Made by a program: the position numbers and the translations under genes. The notes under the pieces were generated by a model, which ran no database searches, was not told where the DNA came from, and saw only the letters and a list, made by a program, of their open reading frames with translations. Positions 12,844 through 20,350 of a stretch of 32,000 nt of DNA are shown here, in pieces; position 1 is the first letter of the stretch; each line of letters starts with the position of its first letter. Source of the DNA: Thermosulfurimonas dismutans (GTDB lineage Bacteria; Desulfobacterota; Thermodesulfobacteria; Thermodesulfobacteriales; Thermodesulfobacteriaceae); assembly GCF_001652585.1 (NCBI RefSeq), contig NZ_LWLG01000001.1:270001-302000 (forward strand). The letters run 5' to 3'.

Positions 12844-14055
12844 TTAGGTCAAGGGAGGTTTACTCTCCGGGCATAAATGGGGACTGTGACCTCCGGCACA
12901 GACCCGTTTAAGGGCCCATCTAAGGAGAATAGGGGTAACGAGAACGCTGGCATAAATAGCCGAAAGCAAGGCCCCGAAGAGGTCCGGGGAGAGAAGTCCG
13001 GTTTCAAAGGCCGCGGAGGCCAACACCAGATCCACGCTTCCCCGACCGTTTAAGGCTAGGCCGCAAGCGATAGATTCCCAAAGGTTTCTGGTTCTGAGCC
13101 ATTGAAAAAAACCGCTTCCGATCACTTTCCCTAGGAGACCTATGGCAAGAAACAGTAAAGCCAGCTCAAGAAATTCCAAAGAAAAGGTCATTTGCAACTG
13201 AAAGCCCAAGGAGGCGAAGAAGACTGGCGAAAGGAAACCGAAGGTGAGACCAAAATAGCGTTGCTTCAATTTCTCAAAGACCTCCGGATCGAAAATTTCT
13301 TCGCTTACGAACTGTCCTGCAAGAAAGGCTCCCAAGGTTATATGGATTCCAAGTTCTTCGGCTAGATAGGCCAAACCTAAGGCCGCAAGGAGAGAAAAAG
13401 TAAAGGCTCGATCTTCATTTTTGATGAAACGTCGAGCCAAAGGAGGGACTAAAAACCTTCCTACTAATACGGTGGAGGCAAAAAAGAGGACGATTTTGAA
13501 TCCAGACCAAAACAAGGCTCCGTATTCAAAAAGTTTCTTTTGGTAGATTTCAAAGACCGCCGTAAAAGATAGGATGGCGAGAAGCTCTACAAAAAGAGTA
13601 GCTGCCAATATCAAGTGTCCAAAGGCCAGGCGATGAAGCTCGAATTTCTTTAGAATCAAGAGGTTAATTGCGATGGCGGACACCGAGAGAAGGAGCCCTA
13701 GAACCAAGGCCTGAAGATAGGGTATTCCCATGAGAAGACCTAAGCCGAGACCGAGGCCAAAGGGCAAGAAGAAGCCGCCTAGGGCTATGGGGAGGGCTCG
13801 GAAAAAATATTTTTCAAGTTCTCGAGGTTCGATCTCAAGCCCGGCGTAAAAGAGGATGAAAAAGGCCCCCAGCTCGGAGAGGAATCTCAAACTTTCGGAG
13901 TGGGAAACCACCCCGAAAATGGGGGGGCCCAGAAGAACACCGGCCAGGATCTCTCCTAAGAGCATGGGAAACCCCAAACGCAGGGCCAGCCTACCTAGTC
14001 CCCAGGCCGCAAAAAGAAGGAGAAAAAGTTTGGGTAAGAGATGAGCAAAAGCCAT
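12844..14055 (-). CDS. cation:proton antiporter (CPA2/Kef-NapA type, membrane domain only)
   Basis: 403-aa polytopic membrane ORF with a typical Na_H_Exchanger layout (LGEILAGVLLGP, FFILFYAGLEI, AFLAGQ). No KTN/RCK domain. Confidence 0.85.
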   Translation of the reverse strand: MAFAHLLPKLFLLLFAAWGLGRLALRLGFPMLLGEILAGVLLGPPIFGVVSHSESLRFLSELGAFFILFYAGLEIEPRELEKYFFRALPIALGGFFLPFGLGLGLGLLMGIPYLQALVLGLLLSVSAIAINLLILKKFELHRLAFGHLILAATLFVELLAILSFTAVFEIYQKKLFEYGALFWSGFKIVLFFASTVLVGRFLVPPLARRFIKNEDRAFTFSLLAALGLAYLAEELGIHITLGAFLAGQFVSEEIFDPEVFEKLKQRYFGLTFGFLSPVFFASLGFQLQMTFSLEFLELALLFLAIGLLGKVIGSGFFQWLRTRNLWESIACGLALNGRGSVDLVLASAAFETGLLSPDLFGALLSAIYASVLVTPILLRWALKRVCAGGHSPHLCPESKPPLT

Positions 14056-14114
14056 AGTTCCATTTTACTACAACCGTGGTCAAAAGGATTTAAAGGATTA
14101 ATATTTTTAAGAGA

Positions 14115-14699
14115 ATGAAAAAGAAGCAGATTCTGCTACATATCTGTTGTGGTCCGTGTACCCTTTACCCCTTGAAGGTTTTGAGGGAGGAGGGTTTTGA
14201 GGCTATAGGTTTTTTCTATAACCCCAACATTCATCCTTATCGTGAGTTCCGGCGGCGTATTTCGGCCTTGAGACAGGTGGCCGAAAAAAAGGACTTGGAG
14301 GTCATCTGGAACAGAGACTACGGTCTAAGGACTTTTTTGCGGGAGGTCATTTTCCGGGAAGACGATCGTTGTGAGGTCTGCTACTACCTAAGACTCAGGG
14401 AGACCGCACGGCTGGCCGCGGAACTCAAGGCCGAGGCCTTTACCACTACCCTTCTCTACAGTCCCTTCCAAAAGCATGAACTCATCCGTGACATCGGAGA
14501 AGCCCTAGCGGCCCAGTTTAAGGTTACTTTTTTCTATCAGGATTTCCGGCCCGGATATCGTAAGGGCCAAGAAGAGGCCATCACCCTGGGTATCTATCGT
14601 CAGCCTTATTGCGGCTGTATATTCAGCGAGGAGGAGCGCTACGACAAGAAACTTCGCCGAAGGAGGCAACGCCATGAATCCTTTCACCGAATTAGCTAA
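14115..14699 (+). CDS. queH: epoxyqueuosine reductase QueH (DUF208 family)
   Basis: N-terminal LLHICCGPCTLYP, then FYNPNIHPYREF, and a C-terminal YRQPYCGCIFSE, which together match the QueH Cys pattern. Confidence 0.85.
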   Translation: MKKKQILLHICCGPCTLYPLKVLREEGFEAIGFFYNPNIHPYREFRRRISALRQVAEKKDLEVIWNRDYGLRTFLREVIFREDDRCEVCYYLRLRETARLAAELKAEAFTTTLLYSPFQKHELIRDIGEALAAQFKVTFFYQDFRPGYRKGQEEAITLGIYRQPYCGCIFSEEERYDKKLRRRRQRHESFHRIS

Positions 14700-14895
14700 A
14701 ATGCTCATCTTCTTCGGGCTGTTTCTTGTCCTGGTCGGTCTTCTAACCTTGGCTCTTCCCAAAATTTCCTCTTGGCCTCGCCTTCCCGGAGATATTCTCA
14801 TCCGCAAAGGCAATTTCACCTTCTATTTTCCTTTGGCCACCTGCCTACTTTTAAGCCTCCTTTTAACTTTAATTTTCAGTCTTTTAAAGAGATAA
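14674..14895 (+). CDS. DUF2905-family small membrane protein
   Basis: 73 aa with two TM helices around LPGDILIRKGNFTFYFPLATCLLLSLLLTL, the characteristic DUF2905 core. Overlaps the queH 3' end by 26 nt. Confidence 0.75.
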   Translation: MNPFTELAKMLIFFGLFLVLVGLLTLALPKISSWPRLPGDILIRKGNFTFYFPLATCLLLSLLLTLIFSLLKR

Positions 14896-14905
14896 ATCGA
14901 GAATA

Positions 14906-14923
14906 TTATTTTTCGAAAAATAA
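14906..14923. promoter_or_regulatory. 18-bp perfect palindrome TTATTTTTCGAAAAATAA between the DUF2905 stop and the cytochrome promoter
   Basis: All 9 pairs checked by hand around the C14914/G14915 centre. It lies 10 nt after the TAA at 14893-14895 and about 35 nt upstream of the TTGACA at 14958. It could be an operator for a dimeric regulator or a weak A/T hairpin. Confidence 0.5.
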
Positions 14924-14957
14924 AAATCCATAGAAATTTAGATTTCTTGATTTTATC

Positions 14958-14987
14958 TTGACAAAAAGTGCATTTCTTATGGATACT
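14958..14987 (+). promoter_or_regulatory. sigma70-like promoter candidate for the cytochrome gene
   Basis: TTGACA (14958-14963), 18-nt spacer, GATACT (14982-14987). GGAGG RBS at 15011-15015 and ATG at 15022. Confidence 0.35.
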
Positions 14988-15021
14988 ACTTTTAGACAGA
15001 AAACTAATAAGGAGGTGTATT

Positions 15022-16254
15022 ATGTTAAAAAGTTTTAGGTTCTTATTTTTAATTTTTATGTTTTTCTGGATATCTTTTTCAAGCTATGCCGATGAAAAAA
15101 AGTTGGAGCTCCCCACTGGAAGATTGATTGACAACTTCGATGAATTTGTGGCGACCTTCAGTTCCAAGAAGTGTATGGAATGTCACGAGGACATCTATCA
15201 CGAATGGGAAAAATCCTTTCATGCGCGTTCGATGGTAGATTCTATCAAGGGTATAGCAAATTTTTTTACGGTTGGAGTTCCTAAAGAATGGCAGAAGGAG
15301 CTTAACAAAGAGGAGGTACTCAAGTGTCTAGACTGCCATTTGCCCCAGGTTCGATATGCCACGGAAAGGCTGGCCCTAGAGATAGCGGAATTGATGATCG
15401 AGGCCAAAAAGGCCAAAGAGGCCAAAGACGAAGCCCGGTTCAAAAGGGCGGTGGCCAAGCTTTCCAAGTTGAACATCTCCTGTTATGCCTGCCATAATAT
15501 TGTAGTTCACCGGGCGGCGCCGGGCTGGTTCGGAGAGCCTGATCCGCAGACTATTTATACTGCCAATGAGGATGTAGAGGCCGAGCACCCTACGGAATAC
15601 ACGCCCACCTTGAAAAGTGCGGCCTTTTGTGCCTGGTGCCACGGAGTGTATGTCGCTTCTGATGGCGAAAGTACTATGTGTAACACCCTGTCTCAAAGCT
15701 ACTATCATGGGTATATCTCCCTTGGAGGGCGCAAGACCTGTCAAGAATGCCATATGTATGCCAAGGGCCGAGGACACCGGTTTCCTGGAGGCCATGACTT
15801 GGAAATTGTCAAAGAAGGTCTTGATTTTCAGGCTGAGATCAAAGGGTTCCGTTATGGCGTAGGTAAATGGATTCCGGCAGTGAATGTAGAGGCTTTTCTT
15901 ACCAATAGAGCCGGACACCGGATACCTGACGGCTGACTTTGGTCAGGCAAGGTGGTCCTGGAAGTGACCGCCAAGGATCCCCGGAGTGATAAAGTCCTCC
16001 ACCAGGAAAAGAGAGAATTCTTCGAGATCGGTCTGGACATTGAGGGTCGTATGCGATATGGGGCCTGGCAGATCAAGGAAATTTTAGATCTCACTTTGCC
16101 CCCTATAAAGACCCGAGAGGAACGCTTTCTTTTTACCCTTCCCAAGGATACCAAAGAGGCGATAATAGAAGTGAAAACTTATTACTGTATAAAAGGCAGT
16201 AAGTGCGACCTTATCTATTCTGAAAAGAAGGAGGTTACGTATCCTGAGCTTTAA
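15022..16254 (+). CDS. multihaem cytochrome c (5 CxxCH) read as one frame interrupted by an in-frame TGA at 15934-15936; candidate Sec recoding or pseudogene
   Basis: ATG 15022 follows a GGAGG RBS. Signal peptide MLKSFRFLFLIFMFFWISFSSYA. Haem motifs CMECH, CLDCH, CYACH, CAWCH, CQECH. Track ORFs 14968..15936 and 15952..16254 are in the same frame and separated only by the TGA. The downstream part has no ATG, no clear SD, no signal peptide and no haem motif of its own. Confidence 0.6.
15941..15969 (+). other. stem-loop immediately downstream of the in-frame UGA (SECIS-like candidate)
   Basis: GGTCA (15941-15945) pairs with TGACC (15965-15969). Inner pairs are A50-T59, G51-C58 and G52-C57, closing a TGGT apical loop. 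An alternative CAGG/CCTG stem gives a CAAGGTGGT loop. GGU sits in the loop about 16-20 nt after the UGA. Paired by hand only. Confidence 0.25.
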
Positions 16255-16261
16255 AACTCTT

Positions 16262-16285
16262 GAGGAGGGGGGTTCACCCCTCCTC
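16262..16285. terminator. GC-rich hairpin between convergent genes (candidate bidirectional terminator)
   Basis: GAGGAGGGG (16262-16270), loop GGTTCA, CCCCTCCTC (16277-16285): a 9-bp perfect stem. It starts 8 nt after the cytochrome stop and overlaps the last codons of the minus-strand EAL gene. The adjacent T-tracts are short. Confidence 0.5.
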
Positions 16286-17605
16286 CCTCCTTGGAGGTTT
16301 AAGGAATCGGGTCTCCGGAATAATTTCCGGTTTGCCGCAGAAAAAGCCTTGGGCGTAGTGGATACCGAACCTAAAAAGTTCATTGAAGACATGAGCGTCT
16401 TCCACCTGTTCGGCCACAAGCTTGAATTTCAAAAGTTTGGTGCAACCGGAGAGGAAGCGCACCACTTCTTGGTCAAACTTATTGGTTACAAGACCTTTTA
16501 TAAAGCGTCCGTCCACTTTAACTAGATCCCATGAAATTTCACGAAGGAGGAAGAGGTTTGAGATTTCTACTCCGAAATCGTCTAAACCCAAATTAAAACC
16601 GTTGCTTTTGAGAAAATGGAGCTTAGAAGACAAAGCCAGGGGAGAGAATGGGCTTTTTCGTTCGGTGATTTCTAGAATTACCGCCTCGTGGAGGATCTCA
16701 AGTTCTTTGGTCCAGCGAAGCAGATCACTTTCCAATTCTCGAAAGAGATATTCTAGAGAAATATTAATAGAAAGTTTTTCTATTTCAGGAGATTCCTTAA
16801 GAACGGCTAAAGCTTTGTAAAGAATTTGCCGATCCATTTCTCGAAATAGTCCTAGGGTCTCCACCGCAGGCATAAAGACTTGGGCCGGAAAGGTGTCGTT
16901 TTCGGATACATAGCGGGCTAGGACTTCATAAAAGACCACCTTTTTGGTGTGAATGTCTATGATAGGCTGAAGAGCCAGGGCCAGTTCTCCGCGGGAGATG
17001 GTTTTGAAGATTTCACTCTCAATGATCATTCTTTTAGAATTTTCTTCGCCCAAAAGGATTAAGGGTTCCTGGGCTAAGCGGGCCTTGGGAAGGAGTTTTA
17101 AGTGTTGATTCAGGATCTCAGGTATCCATTGAGTCCCGCAAACTATGCGAGTTATGATAGCCACCCTGATCGAAAAGACGATTTCACCATCGTCGTAAAC
17201 CAATTGATTGAGTTTTTTGTAAAGTCGTTCGGAGATTTTGGCGCCTTCGCTACTTCGTTTGACGGAACAAACTGCCCAGAAGAGGCCTTTATTAGTAGTG
17301 CCCAAAATATCGTATTTTCGGAGTATACGTTTGAGCTCTTGGGCTACGAAGGCCACTACTTTCTGGACGCCATAGACTCCATAAACGTTTTGGAGGACAT
17401 CCAAACTTTGTATTTCGATTAGTGAAATAGCGACGAAGTGGTCTTCTCTAAGACATCGAGACATTTCGGCTGAAAGGGCTCTTTTAAAACCTTGTTCATT
17501 GAAAAAGCCAGTGAGAGGATCAAGTAGAAGGAGCGCTTGAGCTCTGTTAAGTTCTTCTTCGCACTCTGATAGGCGCTTTTTTAAGATTTCGAAATAGTTA
17601 CTCAT
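16274..17605 (-). CDS. degenerate GGDEF domain plus EAL-domain protein (predicted c-di-GMP phosphodiesterase)
   Basis: 443 aa. GGDEF-domain start DPLTGFFNEQGF, but the active-site position reads NKGLF while RKYD (RxxD) sits 5 residues upstream. EAL-domain motifs are present: QPIIDIHT...YEVLARY, INIS, EITE, LGLDDFG, VKVDGRFI, AEQVE, YAQGFFCGKP. Confidence 0.85.
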   Translation of the reverse strand: MSNYFEILKKRLSECEEELNRAQALLLLDPLTGFFNEQGFKRALSAEMSRCLREDHFVAISLIEIQSLDVLQNVYGVYGVQKVVAFVAQELKRILRKYDILGTTNKGLFWAVCSVKRSSEGAKISERLYKKLNQLVYDDGEIVFSIRVAIITRIVCGTQWIPEILNQHLKLLPKARLAQEPLILLGEENSKRMIIESEIFKTISRGELALALQPIIDIHTKKVVFYEVLARYVSENDTFPAQVFMPAVETLGLFREMDRQILYKALAVLKESPEIEKLSINISLEYLFRELESDLLRWTKELEILHEAVILEITERKSPFSPLALSSKLHFLKSNGFNLGLDDFGVEISNLFLLREISWDLVKVDGRFIKGLVTNKFDQEVVRFLSGCTKLLKFKLVAEQVEDAHVFNELFRFGIHYAQGFFCGKPEIIPETRFLKPPRREEG

Positions 17606-17652
17606 GAGTTATCTTTTTTATTTATAACTTAAAAGGAGCCTTAAAAACAAGT

Positions 17653-18822
17653 ATGCACATTAAGGAGATACCAGAAGATTTCATAGTCTATGAGGTAGCC
17701 GACATTCATCCTGAAGGACAAGGGAATTACGCCCTATATCGCTTAAAAAAACGCGACCTTACTACCTGGGATGTTTTAGGCGAGATAGCTCGAAAGCTAC
17801 GGCGGCGACAGGACGAGATCGGCTATGGAGGCCTCAAGGATCGTCATGCCGTCTCTTATCAGTTTGTGACTATCCCCCAGGGGCCCAAAAAGGATCTTCA
17901 CGGCGAAGGTTGGACCTTGGAATACCTAGGGAAGGTCTCCTCTCCCATGTCGAAGGCCAGACTTCAGGGAAACCTTTTTGAGATCACGGTTAGAGAGGTA
18001 GAAGCCTCCGAAGAAGAGCTTTCGCAAGAGGTGGAGGCGGTTAAGCGTTTCGGGCTTCCTAACTATTTTGATGAACAACGGTTCGGATCTGTTAGACATG
18101 GCCAGGGTTTTGCCGCTAGGGAGGCTGTCCTTGGAAACTATGAAAGAGCCCTTTATCTTCTGCTGGTTGAGGGTTCCCAATACGAATATCGCCGCACCGA
18201 GAAGTTTCGGGAATGCCTGCGTCGTAATTGGCCTAAGGTGGAATCTTGCCTTGAGTTGGCTCCCAGTCCTTGGGAGAGGCGTCTCCTTGAATTTCTGGTC
18301 GCCCATAAGCCTAGCAAGAGGACTTTTAAACGGGCTTTTGCTTTGATAGATGCCGAGTACCTTCTCATGTTAGCCCATGCTTACCAGGCCTACCTCTGGA
18401 ATGAGATCCTAAGGCGATATCTTAACAGAAGAAATTTAGACCACTTCACTGTTCCTTATCTCCTTGGCGAGTTTGCCTTTTATGAGAAATTGTCCCCAGA
18501 GGCTCTAGAGGAGTTAAGCTCTTTGAGACTGCCTTTGCCCAGCCCGAGGCTCAAACTGACTCCTGATGTGAGAATCCTTTACGAGGAGGTCCTTACACGA
18601 GAGGGCATTCCAGCCCTGTCAAAACTTCGGACTTTGGTCAAAGGCCTGGTCTTCAAAACGTATCCCCGGGAGGCTGTTATATTTCCAGAGGGGCTTACCT
18701 TTAGCTTACAAGAGGACGAAAGACATCCCGGAAAGAAGAAAGCCGTTTTTCGGTACTTCCTCCCCAAGGGATCCTATGCCACTTTGGTCCTCAAAAGGAT
18801 TTTTAGGAGAGGATACTTTTGA
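17653..18822 (+). CDS. truD: tRNA pseudouridine(13) synthase TruD
   Basis: 389 aa. N-terminal PEDFIVYEV, the catalytic-Asp motif GYGGLKDRHAVSYQ, and NYFDEQRFG. Confidence 0.9.
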   Translation: MHIKEIPEDFIVYEVADIHPEGQGNYALYRLKKRDLTTWDVLGEIARKLRRRQDEIGYGGLKDRHAVSYQFVTIPQGPKKDLHGEGWTLEYLGKVSSPMSKARLQGNLFEITVREVEASEEELSQEVEAVKRFGLPNYFDEQRFGSVRHGQGFAAREAVLGNYERALYLLLVEGSQYEYRRTEKFRECLRRNWPKVESCLELAPSPWERRLLEFLVAHKPSKRTFKRAFALIDAEYLLMLAHAYQAYLWNEILRRYLNRRNLDHFTVPYLLGEFAFYEKLSPEALEELSSLRLPLPSPRLKLTPDVRILYEEVLTREGIPALSKLRTLVKGLVFKTYPREAVIFPEGLTFSLQEDERHPGKKKAVFRYFLPKGSYATLVLKRIFRRGYF

Positions 18823-19793
18823 TGGCAACGCTTCTTGTGCGTCTTCCAAACTGGCTTGGAGATGCCGTTATGGCCACCCCGGTGCTCAAGGCCTTGGCCC
18901 GGGAAGGGGAATTTTTGGTTCTGGGGCGGCCTTTTTTGAAGCCCCTTTTCGAAGTTTTTCCAGGGGTCAAAGGGTTTATTCCCTTGGCAAACGGGAAGCT
19001 TGGAATCTTTCGGACGGCTAAGGCGATCAGGCCCTATGGTTTCAAGCGCGGTCTGCTTCTTCCCAATTCCTTTTCTTCGGCGCTTATTTATTTTCTGGCG
19101 GGGATTCCGGAAAGAATGGGCTACCCTACTGATGGCCGACGATACCTTCTGACTAAGGCTGTGAGGCCTCCTCGTCTAAAACTCCACCAGCGGGATTATT
19201 ATCTCCACCTTATTTCGTCTCTGGGGTATGAGATCAGGGATAGAGAGCTTGAACTTTTTATCCCAGAGAAAATGCAAGTTTACACTGCAAGCCTTTTAAG
19301 TGAGCTCCCGGGGCCTTATGCCGTCCTGGCCCCGGGAGCGGCGTATGGGCCGGCCAAGCGCTGGCCACCGGACCGTTTCCGAGCGCTTGCGGTGGAATTT
19401 ATCCGGCGGGGTTTTTCGGTGGTGGTGGTGGGTGGTCCGGCCGAAAGAGTTGCCGGAGAAAAGATCCTTGCGGATCTCCCTCATAGTCGCAATCTTTGTG
19501 GACGTACCGATCTTCTTGCGGTTTCGGCCGTAATTGCCAAGGCAGCCGTTTTTGTCTCAAACGATTCCGGGCTCATGCATGTAGCGGCGGCGTTGAAAAG
19601 GCCCCAGGTGGCCATCTTTGGCTCTACCGACCCGGAGGCCACGGGCCCTCTGAACCCTCGTGCCAAAATTGTAAAGAAGGATCTTCCCTGCAGCCCCTGT
19701 CTCAAAAGAACCTGTAAAAGGGGGTATATCTGCCTTACAGAGATTTCGGTGGAGGAGGTCTTGGAAAAAGCCTTGGAGGTCTGCAATCCATGA
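18822..19793 (+). CDS. waaF: ADP-heptose:LPS heptosyltransferase (glycosyltransferase family 9, WaaF/RfaF-like)
   Basis: LVRLPNWLGDAVMATPVLKAL N-terminus, PGAAYGPAKRWP, VSNDSGLMHVAAAL. ATG 18822 overlaps the truD TGA by 1 nt, and AGGAGAGGA lies 8 nt upstream. Heptosyltransferase I versus II cannot be resolved by eye. Confidence 0.8.
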   Translation: MATLLVRLPNWLGDAVMATPVLKALAREGEFLVLGRPFLKPLFEVFPGVKGFIPLANGKLGIFRTAKAIRPYGFKRGLLLPNSFSSALIYFLAGIPERMGYPTDGRRYLLTKAVRPPRLKLHQRDYYLHLISSLGYEIRDRELELFIPEKMQVYTASLLSELPGPYAVLAPGAAYGPAKRWPPDRFRALAVEFIRRGFSVVVVGGPAERVAGEKILADLPHSRNLCGRTDLLAVSAVIAKAAVFVSNDSGLMHVAAALKRPQVAIFGSTDPEATGPLNPRAKIVKKDLPCSPCLKRTCKRGYICLTEISVEEVLEKALEVCNP

Positions 19794-20350
19794 GACCAGT
19801 AGTTTTTCTGGACCGAGACGGCACCGTAAACGAAGAAGTGGGCTATCTGAACCATATTTCGCGCCTGAAGATTATTCCGGGCGCAGCCGAAGGAATAAAG
19901 CGGCTTAAGGCGGCCGGTTTTGCCGTAGTCATCGTGACCAATCAGACCGGTCCAGCCAGAGGGTATTTTCCGGAAAGCCTGGTGCATGAAGTCAACCGAG
20001 AGCTCTTGAAGAGACTTTCTGTCGAAGGTGCGGAGGTGGATGGGGTTTATGTCTGTCTTCACCTTCCTGATGCCGGCTGCGATTGCCGTAAACCGAAGCC
20101 TGGAATGGTCCTCAGGGCCGCGGAAGAGCTGGATCTCGATCTCTCCCGCTCCTATGTGGTGGGTGATCGTTGGGTGGATATTGAGCTGGCCCAAAGAGTA
20201 GGAGCCAGGGGGGTTCTAGTACTTACTGGCTACGGCCGAGGAGAACTGGAATACGTGTTACCACAGAAGGGGCTTAAGCCCCATATTGTAGCGCAGGATC
20301 TTCGGGAGGCCGCAGATCTTATTCTTGAAGATCTGGGCTCACTCCGATAA
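19790..20350 (+). CDS. gmhB: D-glycero-beta-D-manno-heptose-1,7-bisphosphate 7-phosphatase (HAD-IIIA)
   Basis: VFLDRDGTVNEE (DxDxT), VTNQ, CLHLPDAGCDCRKPKPGM (Zn-binding Cys cluster plus the conserved RKP), VGDRWVD. ATGA overlap with the waaF stop. Confidence 0.9.
   Translation: MRPVVFLDRDGTVNEEVGYLNHISRLKIIPGAAEGIKRLKAAGFAVVIVTNQTGPARGYFPESLVHEVNRELLKRLSVEGAEVDGVYVCLHLPDAGCDCRKPKPGMVLRAAEELDLDLSRSYVVGDRWVDIELAQRVGARGVLVLTGYGRGELEYVLPQKGLKPHIVAQDLREAADLILEDLGSLR

Noticed and set aside
15402-15428. Three in-frame tandem 9-bp units GGCCAAA(A/G)A inside the cytochrome gene
   Set aside because: They encode a Lys/Ala/Glu-rich helical linker (AKKAKEAKD). This is most simply low-complexity coding sequence, with no evidence of phase variation.
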